64,000 nt of DNA from Gemmatimonadota bacterium. GTDB taxonomy: Bacteria > Gemmatimonadota > Gemmatimonadetes > Longimicrobiales > Gaopeijiaceae. Every line of letters starts with the position of its first letter. Within the stretch, counting starts at the first letter, position 1. The stretch spans positions 1,664,001 to 1,728,000 of the forward strand of contig JAXHMG010000003.1 of NCBI GenBank assembly GCA_034521595.1. Direction: 5' to 3'. Both the position numbers and the translations under genes were made by a program. The notes beneath the pieces were generated by a model. That model worked only from the letters and a program-made list of their open reading frames with translations, searched no databases and was not told the DNA's origin. Positions 42,071 through 51,389 of this stretch are shown in pieces.

Positions 42071-43867
42071 TCAGTTCCCTCGTTTGCGCCCGTCCGCCAC
42101 GATAGCCAGCCCGAGCTCCTTCAGCTCGCGCTCCCCCACCCGGGTCGGAGCACCCTCGTAAAGAGCTCGCGCAGCCGTCGTCTTCGGAAACGCGATCACG
42201 TCACGCAGGCTCTCCGATCCGGTGAACCGCTGAACGATACGATCCATCCCCAGCGCAATGCCACCGTGAGGTGGTGCGCCCGTGGAAAGTGCGTCGAGCA
42301 GAAAGCCGAATTTTTCCTCGATCTCCTCGTCGGAGAGTCCCAACACCCGGAGTACCCTACGCTGGAGCTCAGGGTCGTGGATCCTGATGCTACCCGATCC
42401 GAATTCCGTGCCGTTGTACACCAGGTCATACGCGGTACCGCGCACCTTCAAGGGGTCCGACTCGAGTAGATCGAGGTCGTCGGCGTGCGGCATCACGAAC
42501 GGATGGTGCGAAGCGTACAGCTCGCCGTCGTCATCCTCGAAGACCGGGAAATCCGTGACCCAGAGCCACGCGTGCTCACGATCGTGCGGGACGTCCATCA
42601 CCCGGGCGACCGCGGTGCGAGTGGCCGCGAGGGCAGGCGAGGTGACCGCGTCCGGACCGGCGGCCGCGAAGGCGAGATCCCCCTCGCGCATTCCGATCCG
42701 TTCCGCGTGCTCCTCGCCCAAGAAGCGCCCGAGCGGTCCCGAGAAGCCTTCGGCGGACCGCTTGACCCACAGCAACCCCGGAGCCCCCGCCTCCTTCGCC
42801 GCCCCTTCGACCCCGTCGATCTGCTTCCGCGAGAGCGCGCCGCCCCCCTCGATCAACAGGCCACGCACCCTCCCGCCTCCGTCCACGGCATCGCGGATAA
42901 CGCGAAAGTCGACATCCCGTGTCGCCTCGGTCCAATCCGCGAGCTCCAACCCGAAGCGGAGATCAGGTCGGTCCGACCCGTAACGCTCCATCGCCTCCCG
43001 CCAGGTCAGGCGTGGGAAGGGCCCTTCGGCTTCGATCCCGGCCACCCGCGCGAGCGCGATCGCGAGTCCCTCGATCCACCGCAGGATGTCCTCGGGCGCG
43101 ACGAATGAAGCTTCCACGTCGATCTGCGTGAACTCCGGCTGCCGATCCGCTCGGAGGTCTTCGTCACGAAAGCACCGGGCGATCTGGAAGTATCGGTCGA
43201 ATCCGGACACCATCAGGATCTGCTTGTAGAGCTGCGGGCTTTGGGGAAGCGCGTAGAACTCCCCTTTGTGCACGCGGCTCGGCACGAGGTAATCGCGGGC
43301 TCCTTCCGGCGTCGCTTTGGTGAGGATCGGAGTCTCGACCTCCACGAAACCGAGTCGATCCAGATAGTTGCGCGTCTCGAGCACCAAACGATGCCGCAGG
43401 GCCATGTTTCGCTGCAGATGACTCCGCCTGAGATCGAGAGACCGGTGCTGAAGCCGCAGCTCTTCGGCGGGGAGCTCGTCCTCCGGCCCGCGGTAGACCG
43501 GGATCTCGGGCGTGCGCGCCTTCCCGAGGAGACGGACCCGCTCGGCGCGGACCTCGATCTCGCCCGTCGGCAGCTCCGGATTCCGCGCACCTTCGGGGCG
43601 GGTCGCCACCGAACCCTCGACCTGGATCACGTCCTCGTGTCCGAGGCGCGCCGCGAGCTGGACGCCCTCCGAATCCGTCCAGTCCGGTCCGAACGACACC
43701 TGCAGCAGTCCGCTGCGGTCCCGAAGATCCACGAATAGCAGGCCACCGAGGTCGCGTCGCCGGTGAACCCAGCCCACGAGCCGCACTTCATCGCCAACGC
43801 GTGACGCGTTCAGCGAACCGACCATGTCCGAGCGAAACGCCGTCTGGTCCATATCAGGCTGTGACAT
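42071..43867 (-). CDS. aspS: Aspartate--tRNA ligase
   Basis: GWVHRRRD, TPEGARDY, PQSPQ, FRDEDLRADRQPEF and PPHGG motifs. Confidence 0.97.
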   Translation of the reverse strand: MSQPDMDQTAFRSDMVGSLNASRVGDEVRLVGWVHRRRDLGGLLFVDLRDRSGLLQVSFGPDWTDSEGVQLAARLGHEDVIQVEGSVATRPEGARNPELPTGEIEVRAERVRLLGKARTPEIPVYRGPEDELPAEELRLQHRSLDLRRSHLQRNMALRHRLVLETRNYLDRLGFVEVETPILTKATPEGARDYLVPSRVHKGEFYALPQSPQLYKQILMVSGFDRYFQIARCFRDEDLRADRQPEFTQIDVEASFVAPEDILRWIEGLAIALARVAGIEAEGPFPRLTWREAMERYGSDRPDLRFGLELADWTEATRDVDFRVIRDAVDGGGRVRGLLIEGGGALSRKQIDGVEGAAKEAGAPGLLWVKRSAEGFSGPLGRFLGEEHAERIGMREGDLAFAAAGPDAVTSPALAATRTAVARVMDVPHDREHAWLWVTDFPVFEDDDGELYASHHPFVMPHADDLDLLESDPLKVRGTAYDLVYNGTEFGSGSIRIHDPELQRRVLRVLGLSDEEIEEKFGFLLDALSTGAPPHGGIALGMDRIVQRFTGSESLRDVIAFPKTTAARALYEGAPTRVGERELKELGLAIVADGRKRGN

Positions 43868-44235
43868 CAATCCGTCCGTTGTCCGGCACCGGACAGGCGT
43901 CCGGCACGTATCACGAGGAGGGTGATCAGAACGTATCCGAGGAGCACGCCGGTGATGTCGGCATACCAATCTGCCACGGAAGGCGTCCGGTTCGGAACCA
44001 TCGCCTGGTGCCACTCGTCGAGGGCTCCGTAGCCCACGCCCACGACCACGATCAGCCAGTGGGGGGTGGCCGCTCCGCTCCACCATCGGCCGAAAGCCAG
44101 GGCCCCACCGAGCACCGCGAAGAGGACCAGGTGCACGACCTTGTCGCTCACGGCGAGCCAGGAGGGTCCGGCCGGGTTCGGCCAAGCACTCAATAAAAAG
44201 AGGACCGCCGCCCACACGGCAGCGGGTCCCCACAT
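43867..44235 (-). CDS. VanZ-family membrane protein
   Basis: DKVVH, DEWHQ, PNR and DW.AD motifs. Start uncertain (44235-44253). Confidence 0.85.
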   Translation of the reverse strand: MWGPAAVWAAVLFLLSAWPNPAGPSWLAVSDKVVHLVLFAVLGGALAFGRWWSGAATPHWLIVVVGVGYGALDEWHQAMVPNRTPSVADWYADITGVLLGYVLITLLVIRAGRLSGAGQRTD

Positions 44236-44362
44236 CCGCAATTGGTTGGCCAACGTTGTATCCGAATGGGCTCGGCGCACCGGCCGCGCCCGGTCACCTA
44301 CGGAGGATCCTCGTAGAGCGCTAACTTAAACTGCCTGACCCGGCCAATTCAAGAAACGCCGT

Positions 44363-45478
44363 ATGACCCACGATCACGCACCCGACCTAATCTCTCTGAG
44401 CCCCGAAGCCCTCCGTGAGGTCCTGTCCGAACATTTCCGGGCACGCGGTGAGCCGCCGTACCGCGTCGGGCAGGTCGAGCGTTGGATCTTCGGGGGCTTG
44501 GCCCGAGGGGTCGACGAGATGACCGACCTCCCGGTCGACGAGCGTGTCGCGCTCGGACGAGCCTTCTCCTTCGTGGAGCCGGAAGCGGCCAAGGTCGCGG
44601 TGAGCTCGGACGGCACGGTCAAGCACCTGTGGAGACTGGAGGACGGCGAGCTGGTGGAGTCGGTCCTCATTCCCACGGATCGCCGGCTCACCCTCTGTAT
44701 CTCTTCGCAGGCGGGATGCGCCATGGGCTGCACCTTCTGTGCGACCGGATGGGGTGGGTTCTCCCGCCAGCTTTCGGCCGGAGAGATCGTGGCCCAGTAC
44801 CGCGCATCACGACGGTGGGCCGAAGCACACGAGCGCGGACCGATCACGAACATCGTGTTCATGGGGATGGGAGAGCCGCTCTCGAACCGCAAGGCGGTGC
44901 ACCCCGCGTTGACGCTCCTGAATCAGGGATACGGCGTCGGTGCGCGGCGCATCACGGTATCGACGGTCGGGGTCGTCCCCGGGATCCTCGAGCTGGCGGA
45001 CCGCCCCGAGCAGTTTCGACTCGCGATATCGCTCCACGCTCCGGACAGCGCGCTACGCCGTGAGCTCATTCCGTTGGAAAGCCGCCACCCCCTCCCCGAG
45101 CTGCTGGACGCGCTGCGACGCTTCGACACCGGCGGCGGAAAACGGATCACCTTCGAGTACACGATGATCGATGGCATGAACGACGATCCGGCTCTCGCGC
45201 CGCGGCTGGCGGAGCTGGCCGGCGACGTCGGCGCCTTCGTGAACCTCATCCCGTTCAACCCGATCCCGTTCCAGGACTGGTCTCCCTCCTCTCCCGAGCG
45301 TATCCGGGCCTTCGCGAACGTCCTCGAGGAACGGGGCATCTCGGTCGCCATCCGTGAAACACGCGGCCGGGACATCGACGCGGCCTGCGGGCAGCTTCGG
45401 GGACACGCGCTCACGCAGATTCAAGGTCCGGGCGAGCGTCGACGAAAAGGCGGTCAGGAAGCCATGCCGGGGGGCTGA
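44363..45478 (+). CDS. rlmN: 23S rRNA/tRNA m2A methyltransferase RlmN
   Basis: CISSQAGCAMGCTFC radical-SAM motif, MGMGEP and DIDAACGQL. Confidence 0.96.
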   Translation: MTHDHAPDLISLSPEALREVLSEHFRARGEPPYRVGQVERWIFGGLARGVDEMTDLPVDERVALGRAFSFVEPEAAKVAVSSDGTVKHLWRLEDGELVESVLIPTDRRLTLCISSQAGCAMGCTFCATGWGGFSRQLSAGEIVAQYRASRRWAEAHERGPITNIVFMGMGEPLSNRKAVHPALTLLNQGYGVGARRITVSTVGVVPGILELADRPEQFRLAISLHAPDSALRRELIPLESRHPLPELLDALRRFDTGGGKRITFEYTMIDGMNDDPALAPRLAELAGDVGAFVNLIPFNPIPFQDWSPSSPERIRAFANVLEERGISVAIRETRGRDIDAACGQLRGHALTQIQGPGERRRKGGQEAMPGG

Positions 45479-45500
45479 GCCCGGGGGCAGGTTGGCGGGG

Positions 45501-46295
45501 TCAGTCGATCGCGCGGCCGATTCGGTCCCAGCGTATCTCCCGGAGCGCGGGAAAGGGCCGGTGCGAATCCCGGTTGTAGGAGAAGTACGTGAACACCGCG
45601 CGGCCTTCGAGGCGCCATCGCTCCAGAAGCCCCCAGTACCGTGAATCGAGGCTCCGCTCCCGATTGTCCCCGAGCATGAAGTAGCGGCCTTCGGGAATCA
45701 CGATGGGACCCCAGTTGTCGCGAGTCGGCGCGTAGGTCGAAGGGTCGACGTCGGCCACGAGGTAGTCCCGCTGCCAACGCATCCACGGGTGGCGCTCGTC
45801 GTCCACCGGATCGTGACGTACATACGGCTCGTCGACGGGCTCGCCGTTCAGGTGGAGGACCCGGTCGCGCATCGCCAGGGTGTCGCCCGGCACCCCGACG
45901 AGGCGCTTGATCAGCATCAGCGTTTCCTCGTGAGGCGGGTCGAAAACGAGGATGTCCCCTCGCTCCGGCTCCGAATATCCCGGAATCCGTATGTCCAAGC
46001 CGGGAACGGCGGAGCCCATCGCCAGGCGGTTGACCAGCAGCATGTCGCCCACCAGCAAGGTGTCCTCCATGGACCCGGATGTGATGACGAAGGTCTGCAC
46101 GACGAACGCGCGGAGCACCAGGAAGAGCACCAGAGCCACCGCGAGTGACTTGAGCCACTCCAGCGCCCCGCTCTCTCGAGGCCGACGGTCCGTCTTTCCC
46201 GCCCTTTCGCTCTTGGACCGCTCGCGGCGCCGCCCCGTCCCGGCCGTTCCCTCGCGCCGTCGGTTCCGTCGCCTGCCTTTCTCGGATTTCGCCAT
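45501..46295 (-). CDS. lepB: Signal peptidase I
   Basis: SGSMEDTL, IKRLVG and GDNR..DSRYWG motifs. Confidence 0.95.
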   Translation of the reverse strand: MAKSEKGRRRNRRREGTAGTGRRRERSKSERAGKTDRRPRESGALEWLKSLAVALVLFLVLRAFVVQTFVITSGSMEDTLLVGDMLLVNRLAMGSAVPGLDIRIPGYSEPERGDILVFDPPHEETLMLIKRLVGVPGDTLAMRDRVLHLNGEPVDEPYVRHDPVDDERHPWMRWQRDYLVADVDPSTYAPTRDNWGPIVIPEGRYFMLGDNRERSLDSRYWGLLERWRLEGRAVFTYFSYNRDSHRPFPALREIRWDRIGRAID

Positions 46296-46353
46296 CTGGT
46301 TCGATCGTCTGGTGAGTACGAAGGAGTGCGCCGTGCCCGACCCTCAGGGTCGG

Positions 46354-46794
46354 TCAGGACCCGGCCGGGGAACGTCGGAAGTCCTCGGGCAAATCCCAGC
46401 GACTTCCGAGCACGACCGACACATCCACGTAGAGGTCCGGGTCCGGATCGCTCCGGACGTTACCGATTCCGAGCGCCTCCGCAACGGCCTCGGCCAACTC
46501 GGGGCGTCCGACCCGGTCGACGACTTCCGACTCGACCCGGTCGAACGACTCGGCGTTCCCGAAGTAGACCACGTCGAACCCGATCGAACGAGCGAACTCC
46601 GTGGCTCGCCGGGCCGCCCCGCCGACTCCACCCCCGTTCAAGACCTCTACCCGGACGCGAGTGTCCGGGACGGACAACGTACGTGTTTCGCTCACGCCCT
46701 GGTCGGAATCGGTTCGGATCGCGAAGAATGCCGCCGTGACCAGCAAGCCGGCAACGGCGAGCGCGCTCCAAAGTCCCGGACGCCGGGACCTCAC
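46354..46794 (-). CDS. Membrane-anchored LytR C-terminal domain protein
   Basis: TM helix, then VEVLNG, GNA and DVSVVLG; GTGA overlap with yqeK. Confidence 0.75.
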   Translation of the reverse strand: MRSRRPGLWSALAVAGLLVTAAFFAIRTDSDQGVSETRTLSVPDTRVRVEVLNGGGVGGAARRATEFARSIGFDVVYFGNAESFDRVESEVVDRVGRPELAEAVAEALGIGNVRSDPDPDLYVDVSVVLGSRWDLPEDFRRSPAGS

Positions 46795-47384
46795 GAGCCC
46801 GCCCCTACGGATTCCCGCACGAGCACGTTCCAGAAGGCCACGGTGGGATTCCTGAGCGTCTGCCGCCGGTCGACGACGTGGCCGATGCGAGCGGCGGCGA
46901 TCTCCTTCGTGACGGGACCGAGTGCCCGGGGCATGCGGGCTCGAAGCGCGGACCGCCATTCCTCCAGAAAGGGACGTCCGGGCTCGAGGAAGTCAGCGGA
47001 GTACAGCGCACGGCCCAGATCGTCGAGCTCGGGGTGCCCCAGGGTGTGATACGAGATCGACAGGAGCAGGGGGCCGTCCCGAACGCCTTCTTCACGAAGG
47101 CGCTCCGCGGCCGCGGGACCGTGAAGCATGGGTCCGGGCCAGGCACGACACTCCGCCGGCACCCGGTCGCGCAGTGCCTCGGGGTCGGCATCGCGCAGGG
47201 CGTCGTGGAGGTAGGCGGCGGCCCGCCAACGCGCTCGGTCGGTCTCGGAAAGCTCGAGGTCCTCGCCCCAACGGTCCAAGAGCACCGCGACGCGCTCGAT
47301 ATGGGCCCGGCGGCCACGGGTGACGCAAGCCCAATCCGGCAGCACGCCTCCGGCGGCCGCGGTCACCCGCTCGTGTAGCTCCAT
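46791..47384 (-). CDS. yqeK: HD-domain hydrolase, YqeK (Ap4A hydrolase)-like
   Basis: R.AH..RV, LHD, LHG, YHTLG and ADFLEPGR motifs. Confidence 0.82.
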   Translation of the reverse strand: MELHERVTAAAGGVLPDWACVTRGRRAHIERVAVLLDRWGEDLELSETDRARWRAAAYLHDALRDADPEALRDRVPAECRAWPGPMLHGPAAAERLREEGVRDGPLLLSISYHTLGHPELDDLGRALYSADFLEPGRPFLEEWRSALRARMPRALGPVTKEIAAARIGHVVDRRQTLRNPTVAFWNVLVRESVGAGS

Positions 47385-47501
47385 CGGCAGTCCGGGATGG
47401 TATAGGGTTACTCTGGCGCAGGCTGAAAAGATGGGGTCGGCGGCCCGCACATGGGTAGCCCCACCGGCACGCTCCGGCCGGATCGGGGTTACCAGTGCGG
47501 C

Positions 47502-49169
47502 ATGTCGATACGCTGGGACGCGCTGCTGACTCGCCACATGGCCGAAGAGCTCCAGGAGCTGCTCGTCGGCACCCACCTTCGTGCCTTTCGGCTGGACGGG
47601 ACGGAGCGGGACCTCGTGCTCCTGTTCCGCGAGCGCACCGTCATCTGGAGGCTCCACCCCTCGAGAGGCCAGATCCTGCTTCGGCGGCCCGTCGATCCGG
47701 GGCCGTCCGATCTCCGGTACCCCGCTCGCGTACGAGAAGTGAGCGTGCCTCCCGACGAACGGTGGATCCGCATCGAGCTCCTCGCCAAGCGCGGCCATCC
47801 TCCCTACGACCTGACCGTCGAGTTGTTGGGGAATCAGTGGAACGCCGTGATCGCCGAGGCGCCGTCCGGCATCACGCGTCACGTGCTCTGGTCGCGCGAC
47901 ACAGGACGCGGGCACCGGGTGGGAGAGCGGTATCACCCTCCCGACCCACGCCCTCGCGCCGGCGTGCCCGGAGAAGGAGCGGAAGTGCTCGACGTGGAAC
48001 GATGGCGGGAGATCCTCGCCCCTCTTGCTCCCGAGCACAGGCGCGCCGCGTTGGTGCGCGGCGTGGCCTGGGCCTCGCCGCTCAACGCGTCCTACCTGCT
48101 CGCCGAGGACGTCGAGGGATCCGACGAGGAGCGCCTGTCGGTGGGATACCAGCGTTGGTGCACCCTCGCGGATGGGGCACCGGGCCGTGGTCCGGTGGTT
48201 CTCGAGTGGAGCGGCGGACCTCAACCGTATCCCCTCGCTCTTCCTTCCGTCCCCTACGAGAGGGTCTCGACCTTGTTCGAGGCTTTCGAGGTGGCCGGCC
48301 GGGATGACGGCTCCGGGAACGAACCGGATCGGGTCACGCTTCTGGACCCGGAGCTGCTGCGGCGACTCACCGACACGGCGGAGCGCGCGCGGCGCAAGGT
48401 GGAGGTCCTGGAACGCGAGCTCGCCGAGCTCGACGACGCCGAACGGGTCCGCGCTGTCGGAGACCTCGTTCTCGCCCGCTACGGCGATATTCCTCCGGGT
48501 GAGGACAAGGCCGTCTTGACCGGGTTCGACGGTGCCGAGGTCGGGGTCGAGCTCGACCCCGCTCGTGCTCCTCACGAGAACGCGGACCGCTACTACCGGG
48601 AGGCCGCCCGCATCGAGCGTGCCCGGGCCAGGCTCCCGGACATGATCGAGCGGCAACGACGAGCGGTCCAAGAGCTCGACCGACTGGTCGAGCGTGCCCA
48701 AGACGGAGAAGCGTCGCCCGAGGAGATCCAAGCGGCGCTCCCCGACCGCGGCGCTCGGCAAGCGGCGAACCGCTACGACGGTCCCCTCAAGCCCTACCGG
48801 ACCTTCCGGAGCACCGGGGGGCTCGAGATCCGTGTCGGACGCGGCGCGCGTCACAACGACGAGCTCACGTTCAAGCACTCCGCCCCCCACGACGTTTGGC
48901 TCCATGCGCGGCACGCGGCAGGCGCCCACGTGATTCTGCGCTGGCAAGGCCCCGGGAATCCACCGGCGCGAGACCTGGCCGAAGCGGCGACCCTCGCCGC
49001 GCTCCATTCAAAGGCGCGGACGTCCGGGAGCGTGCCCGTGGACTGGACGCTGAGGAAGTATGTGAGAAAGCCCCGCAAGGCACCGCGGGGCGCGGTCGTT
49101 CCGGACCGTGTGAGCACGCTGTTCGTACGGCCCGACCCTACCCTGGAGCGGGCGCTCGCGTCCGAGTGA
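47502..49169 (+). CDS. rqcH: NFACT/Rqc2 family protein (RqcH/FbpA-like)
   Basis: DER and ELLGNQWN N-domain motifs, ENADRYY coiled coil, NFACT-R motifs VGR..NDELT, WLHA..GAHV and VRKP. Confidence 0.88.
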   Translation: MSIRWDALLTRHMAEELQELLVGTHLRAFRLDGTERDLVLLFRERTVIWRLHPSRGQILLRRPVDPGPSDLRYPARVREVSVPPDERWIRIELLAKRGHPPYDLTVELLGNQWNAVIAEAPSGITRHVLWSRDTGRGHRVGERYHPPDPRPRAGVPGEGAEVLDVERWREILAPLAPEHRRAALVRGVAWASPLNASYLLAEDVEGSDEERLSVGYQRWCTLADGAPGRGPVVLEWSGGPQPYPLALPSVPYERVSTLFEAFEVAGRDDGSGNEPDRVTLLDPELLRRLTDTAERARRKVEVLERELAELDDAERVRAVGDLVLARYGDIPPGEDKAVLTGFDGAEVGVELDPARAPHENADRYYREAARIERARARLPDMIERQRRAVQELDRLVERAQDGEASPEEIQAALPDRGARQAANRYDGPLKPYRTFRSTGGLEIRVGRGARHNDELTFKHSAPHDVWLHARHAAGAHVILRWQGPGNPPARDLAEAATLAALHSKARTSGSVPVDWTLRKYVRKPRKAPRGAVVPDRVSTLFVRPDPTLERALASE

Positions 49170-49179
49170 CGCAGGCTCG

Positions 49180-49956
49180 CTACCCGTCCATCCCACGCCG
49201 CAGCGATTCGATGAACCCCGCGGCCTCCGAGATTCCCCCGGCATCCAACGCCTGGATGAGCGCACTACCCACCACGACGCCGTCGGCGAACCGAGCCACG
49301 GCGCTCGCTTGCTCGGGGTTGGAGATGCCGAAGCCCACGGCGACGGGGAGCGACACGACCTCCTTGAGGCGCGCGACTTCCTCACCCAGCGTCGCGCTCA
49401 GGTCCACGCTCGCCCCCGTCACGCCGGTCCGCGAGATGTAGTACACGAACCCCGAGCCCCCTGCGACCGCCTTCGGGACCCGCTCGATGGACGTGGTGGG
49501 TGCCACCAACCGAATGAGATCGAGCGGACTCTCCACGATCGTGCGCTCGACTTCGGGATCGGAGCCGGCCGGAAGGTCGGTCATCAACAGTCCGTGCGCT
49601 CCCGCATCCACGGCGTCCTTCACGAACGAGGACACACCATGCCGGAGCACCGGGTTCAGATAGGTGAAGAGGACGATCGGCGTCTCGTGTCGAGTCCGGA
49701 AGGTGGCGACGTCGTCGAGCACGCGCCGTACCGTCATTCCGTTCTCGAGCGCGGTGAACGACGAGCGCTGGATCGTGGGCCCGTCCGCGAGCGGATCCGA
49801 GAAGGGGATGCCCACCTCGAGCACGTCGGCACCGGCGTCGACCAAGGCCTCGAGCAAGGGCACGGTCGATGTCAGCTCCGGATATCCGGCCGTGATGTAC
49901 GGAATGAGCGCAGAACGTCCTTCAGCGCTCCGCGCCCTGAATGTGGCCGTAATCAC
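49180..49956 (-). CDS. trpA: Tryptophan synthase alpha
   Basis: PFSDPLADGPTIQ, SRTGVTG, VGFGIS and VVGSA motifs. Confidence 0.97.
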   Translation of the reverse strand: MITATFRARSAEGRSALIPYITAGYPELTSTVPLLEALVDAGADVLEVGIPFSDPLADGPTIQRSSFTALENGMTVRRVLDDVATFRTRHETPIVLFTYLNPVLRHGVSSFVKDAVDAGAHGLLMTDLPAGSDPEVERTIVESPLDLIRLVAPTTSIERVPKAVAGGSGFVYYISRTGVTGASVDLSATLGEEVARLKEVVSLPVAVGFGISNPEQASAVARFADGVVVGSALIQALDAGGISEAAGFIESLRRGMDG

Positions 49957-51389
49957 GTGAGGAGGTAGTCGCTGACGCGGATCCCGTACTTCTGCGGATC
50001 GGTCGTCTTGATGATCTGCCGGACGGGAGCCCCCGTGGCGGGATCGTTCCGGGCGAGGTTGAGCGTGACCGGCTCCGAAAGCGGCAGCCCGACAGGGTCG
50101 GAGATGACTCGAACACGTGGGCGGTGCAGGAGATCCGGGTCGGGGTTCACCTGGGACACGACCGCGAGCTCGTGCGTGTCGAGAATCACCAACGTACCGA
50201 CCGGATACACACCCGTGGCCGTGATGAGCACTTTCACGAGGAGGGTGTCGAAGCCCCTCTTCGGATTGTCACGCATCTCCTGCAGGACGGCGTCCGGAGG
50301 CCAGGGCTGATATTGGTAGCTCCGCACGGAGGTGCCCGCGTCGAAGGCGTCGGCGACCGAGACGATCCGCGAGAACAACGTGGGCTCGCGCGGACGTCGG
50401 CTCGATGGGTAACCGCTGAGGTCGGTCTTCATGTGATGCTCGTACGCCATGAGCATCTGGCGATAAGGGACGTCGGTGAAACCCTGAAGCTGGAAGAGAA
50501 GCAACAGCCCTTCCGTAGGGTGCTTCATGAGCTCACGCCACTCGTAATCATCCAGGCCCGTCGGCTTGTTGATGATATCCACGTCGATCCGCTGCTTGCC
50601 GACATCGTGAAACAGGGCCCCTAGCCCGAGCTCGTAGAGCTGGAGGCGTTCGAGCCCGATCCGCTGTCCGATGATCACGCTGAAGATGCAGACGTTCACG
50701 GAATGGGTGAACGTGTACTCGTCGAAGTCACGCAGCGTCGTCATCGTGACCATCGACGATTCGTTCGAGAGCACCTGGTCGACGATGCCCTGGACGGCTC
50801 GCTTCACCTTCCGGACGTTCACCGCCTTCCCGAGACGCATGTCGCCCAGGGCGTCCTTGGCCACCTTCACCGACTGCGCGTACGTGCGTTTCGCGGCGGT
50901 GAGCGCCTCCTCGTCTTCCTCGGGCTCCTCGACCTCCGTGATGGCCCGGACTTCGATGTGCGTGACCGGCGTCGCGGCGAAGCGCTCTCGAAAGCCCTCG
51001 AACGGACGATCTCCGCCGGGACTCCGCAGCAGCATCGAGATGAACGGAGCCCATTCCGCCCGCTCGATCCCCGGGAGGATCTCCAGCGCTCCGATCCCGT
51101 GATCATGAAGCGCACGGGCGAAGGACCCGAACGTCGAGAAGTTCGAGAGATCCAACCGCAGGCGAGTCTCGTTCAAGAAGAAGAAGTCGCCGACGACCCT
51201 GACTTCCACGCCACCTTCGAGCGCCAGGATGCGCTGAACCAACGCATCGAGCTCGTCGACCGCCTGCTGCACCGTCTCGTTCTCGACGGGATAGAGCTTG
51301 AGGGCGTTGAGGGTTCCGTACAGCGCCGCGAGCAACCGGCGGCCTTCATCCTGGAGATTCAGGCCTCGCTGCTCCTGGGGCATCGTCAT
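49953..51389 (-). CDS. HD-GYP domain protein (putative cyclic dinucleotide phosphodiesterase)
   Basis: YTFTHSVNV, HDVGK, HP, EHH..SGYP and VADAFDA motifs; uncharacterised N-terminal domain. Confidence 0.88.
   Translation of the reverse strand: MTMPQEQRGLNLQDEGRRLLAALYGTLNALKLYPVENETVQQAVDELDALVQRILALEGGVEVRVVGDFFFLNETRLRLDLSNFSTFGSFARALHDHGIGALEILPGIERAEWAPFISMLLRSPGGDRPFEGFRERFAATPVTHIEVRAITEVEEPEEDEEALTAAKRTYAQSVKVAKDALGDMRLGKAVNVRKVKRAVQGIVDQVLSNESSMVTMTTLRDFDEYTFTHSVNVCIFSVIIGQRIGLERLQLYELGLGALFHDVGKQRIDVDIINKPTGLDDYEWRELMKHPTEGLLLLFQLQGFTDVPYRQMLMAYEHHMKTDLSGYPSSRRPREPTLFSRIVSVADAFDAGTSVRSYQYQPWPPDAVLQEMRDNPKRGFDTLLVKVLITATGVYPVGTLVILDTHELAVVSQVNPDPDLLHRPRVRVISDPVGLPLSEPVTLNLARNDPATGAPVRQIIKTTDPQKYGIRVSDYLLT

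Noticed and set aside
46791-49007. 738-aa ORF ending in the YqeK domain
   Set aside because: The upstream part is antisense to rqcH; the HD protein starts at 47384.
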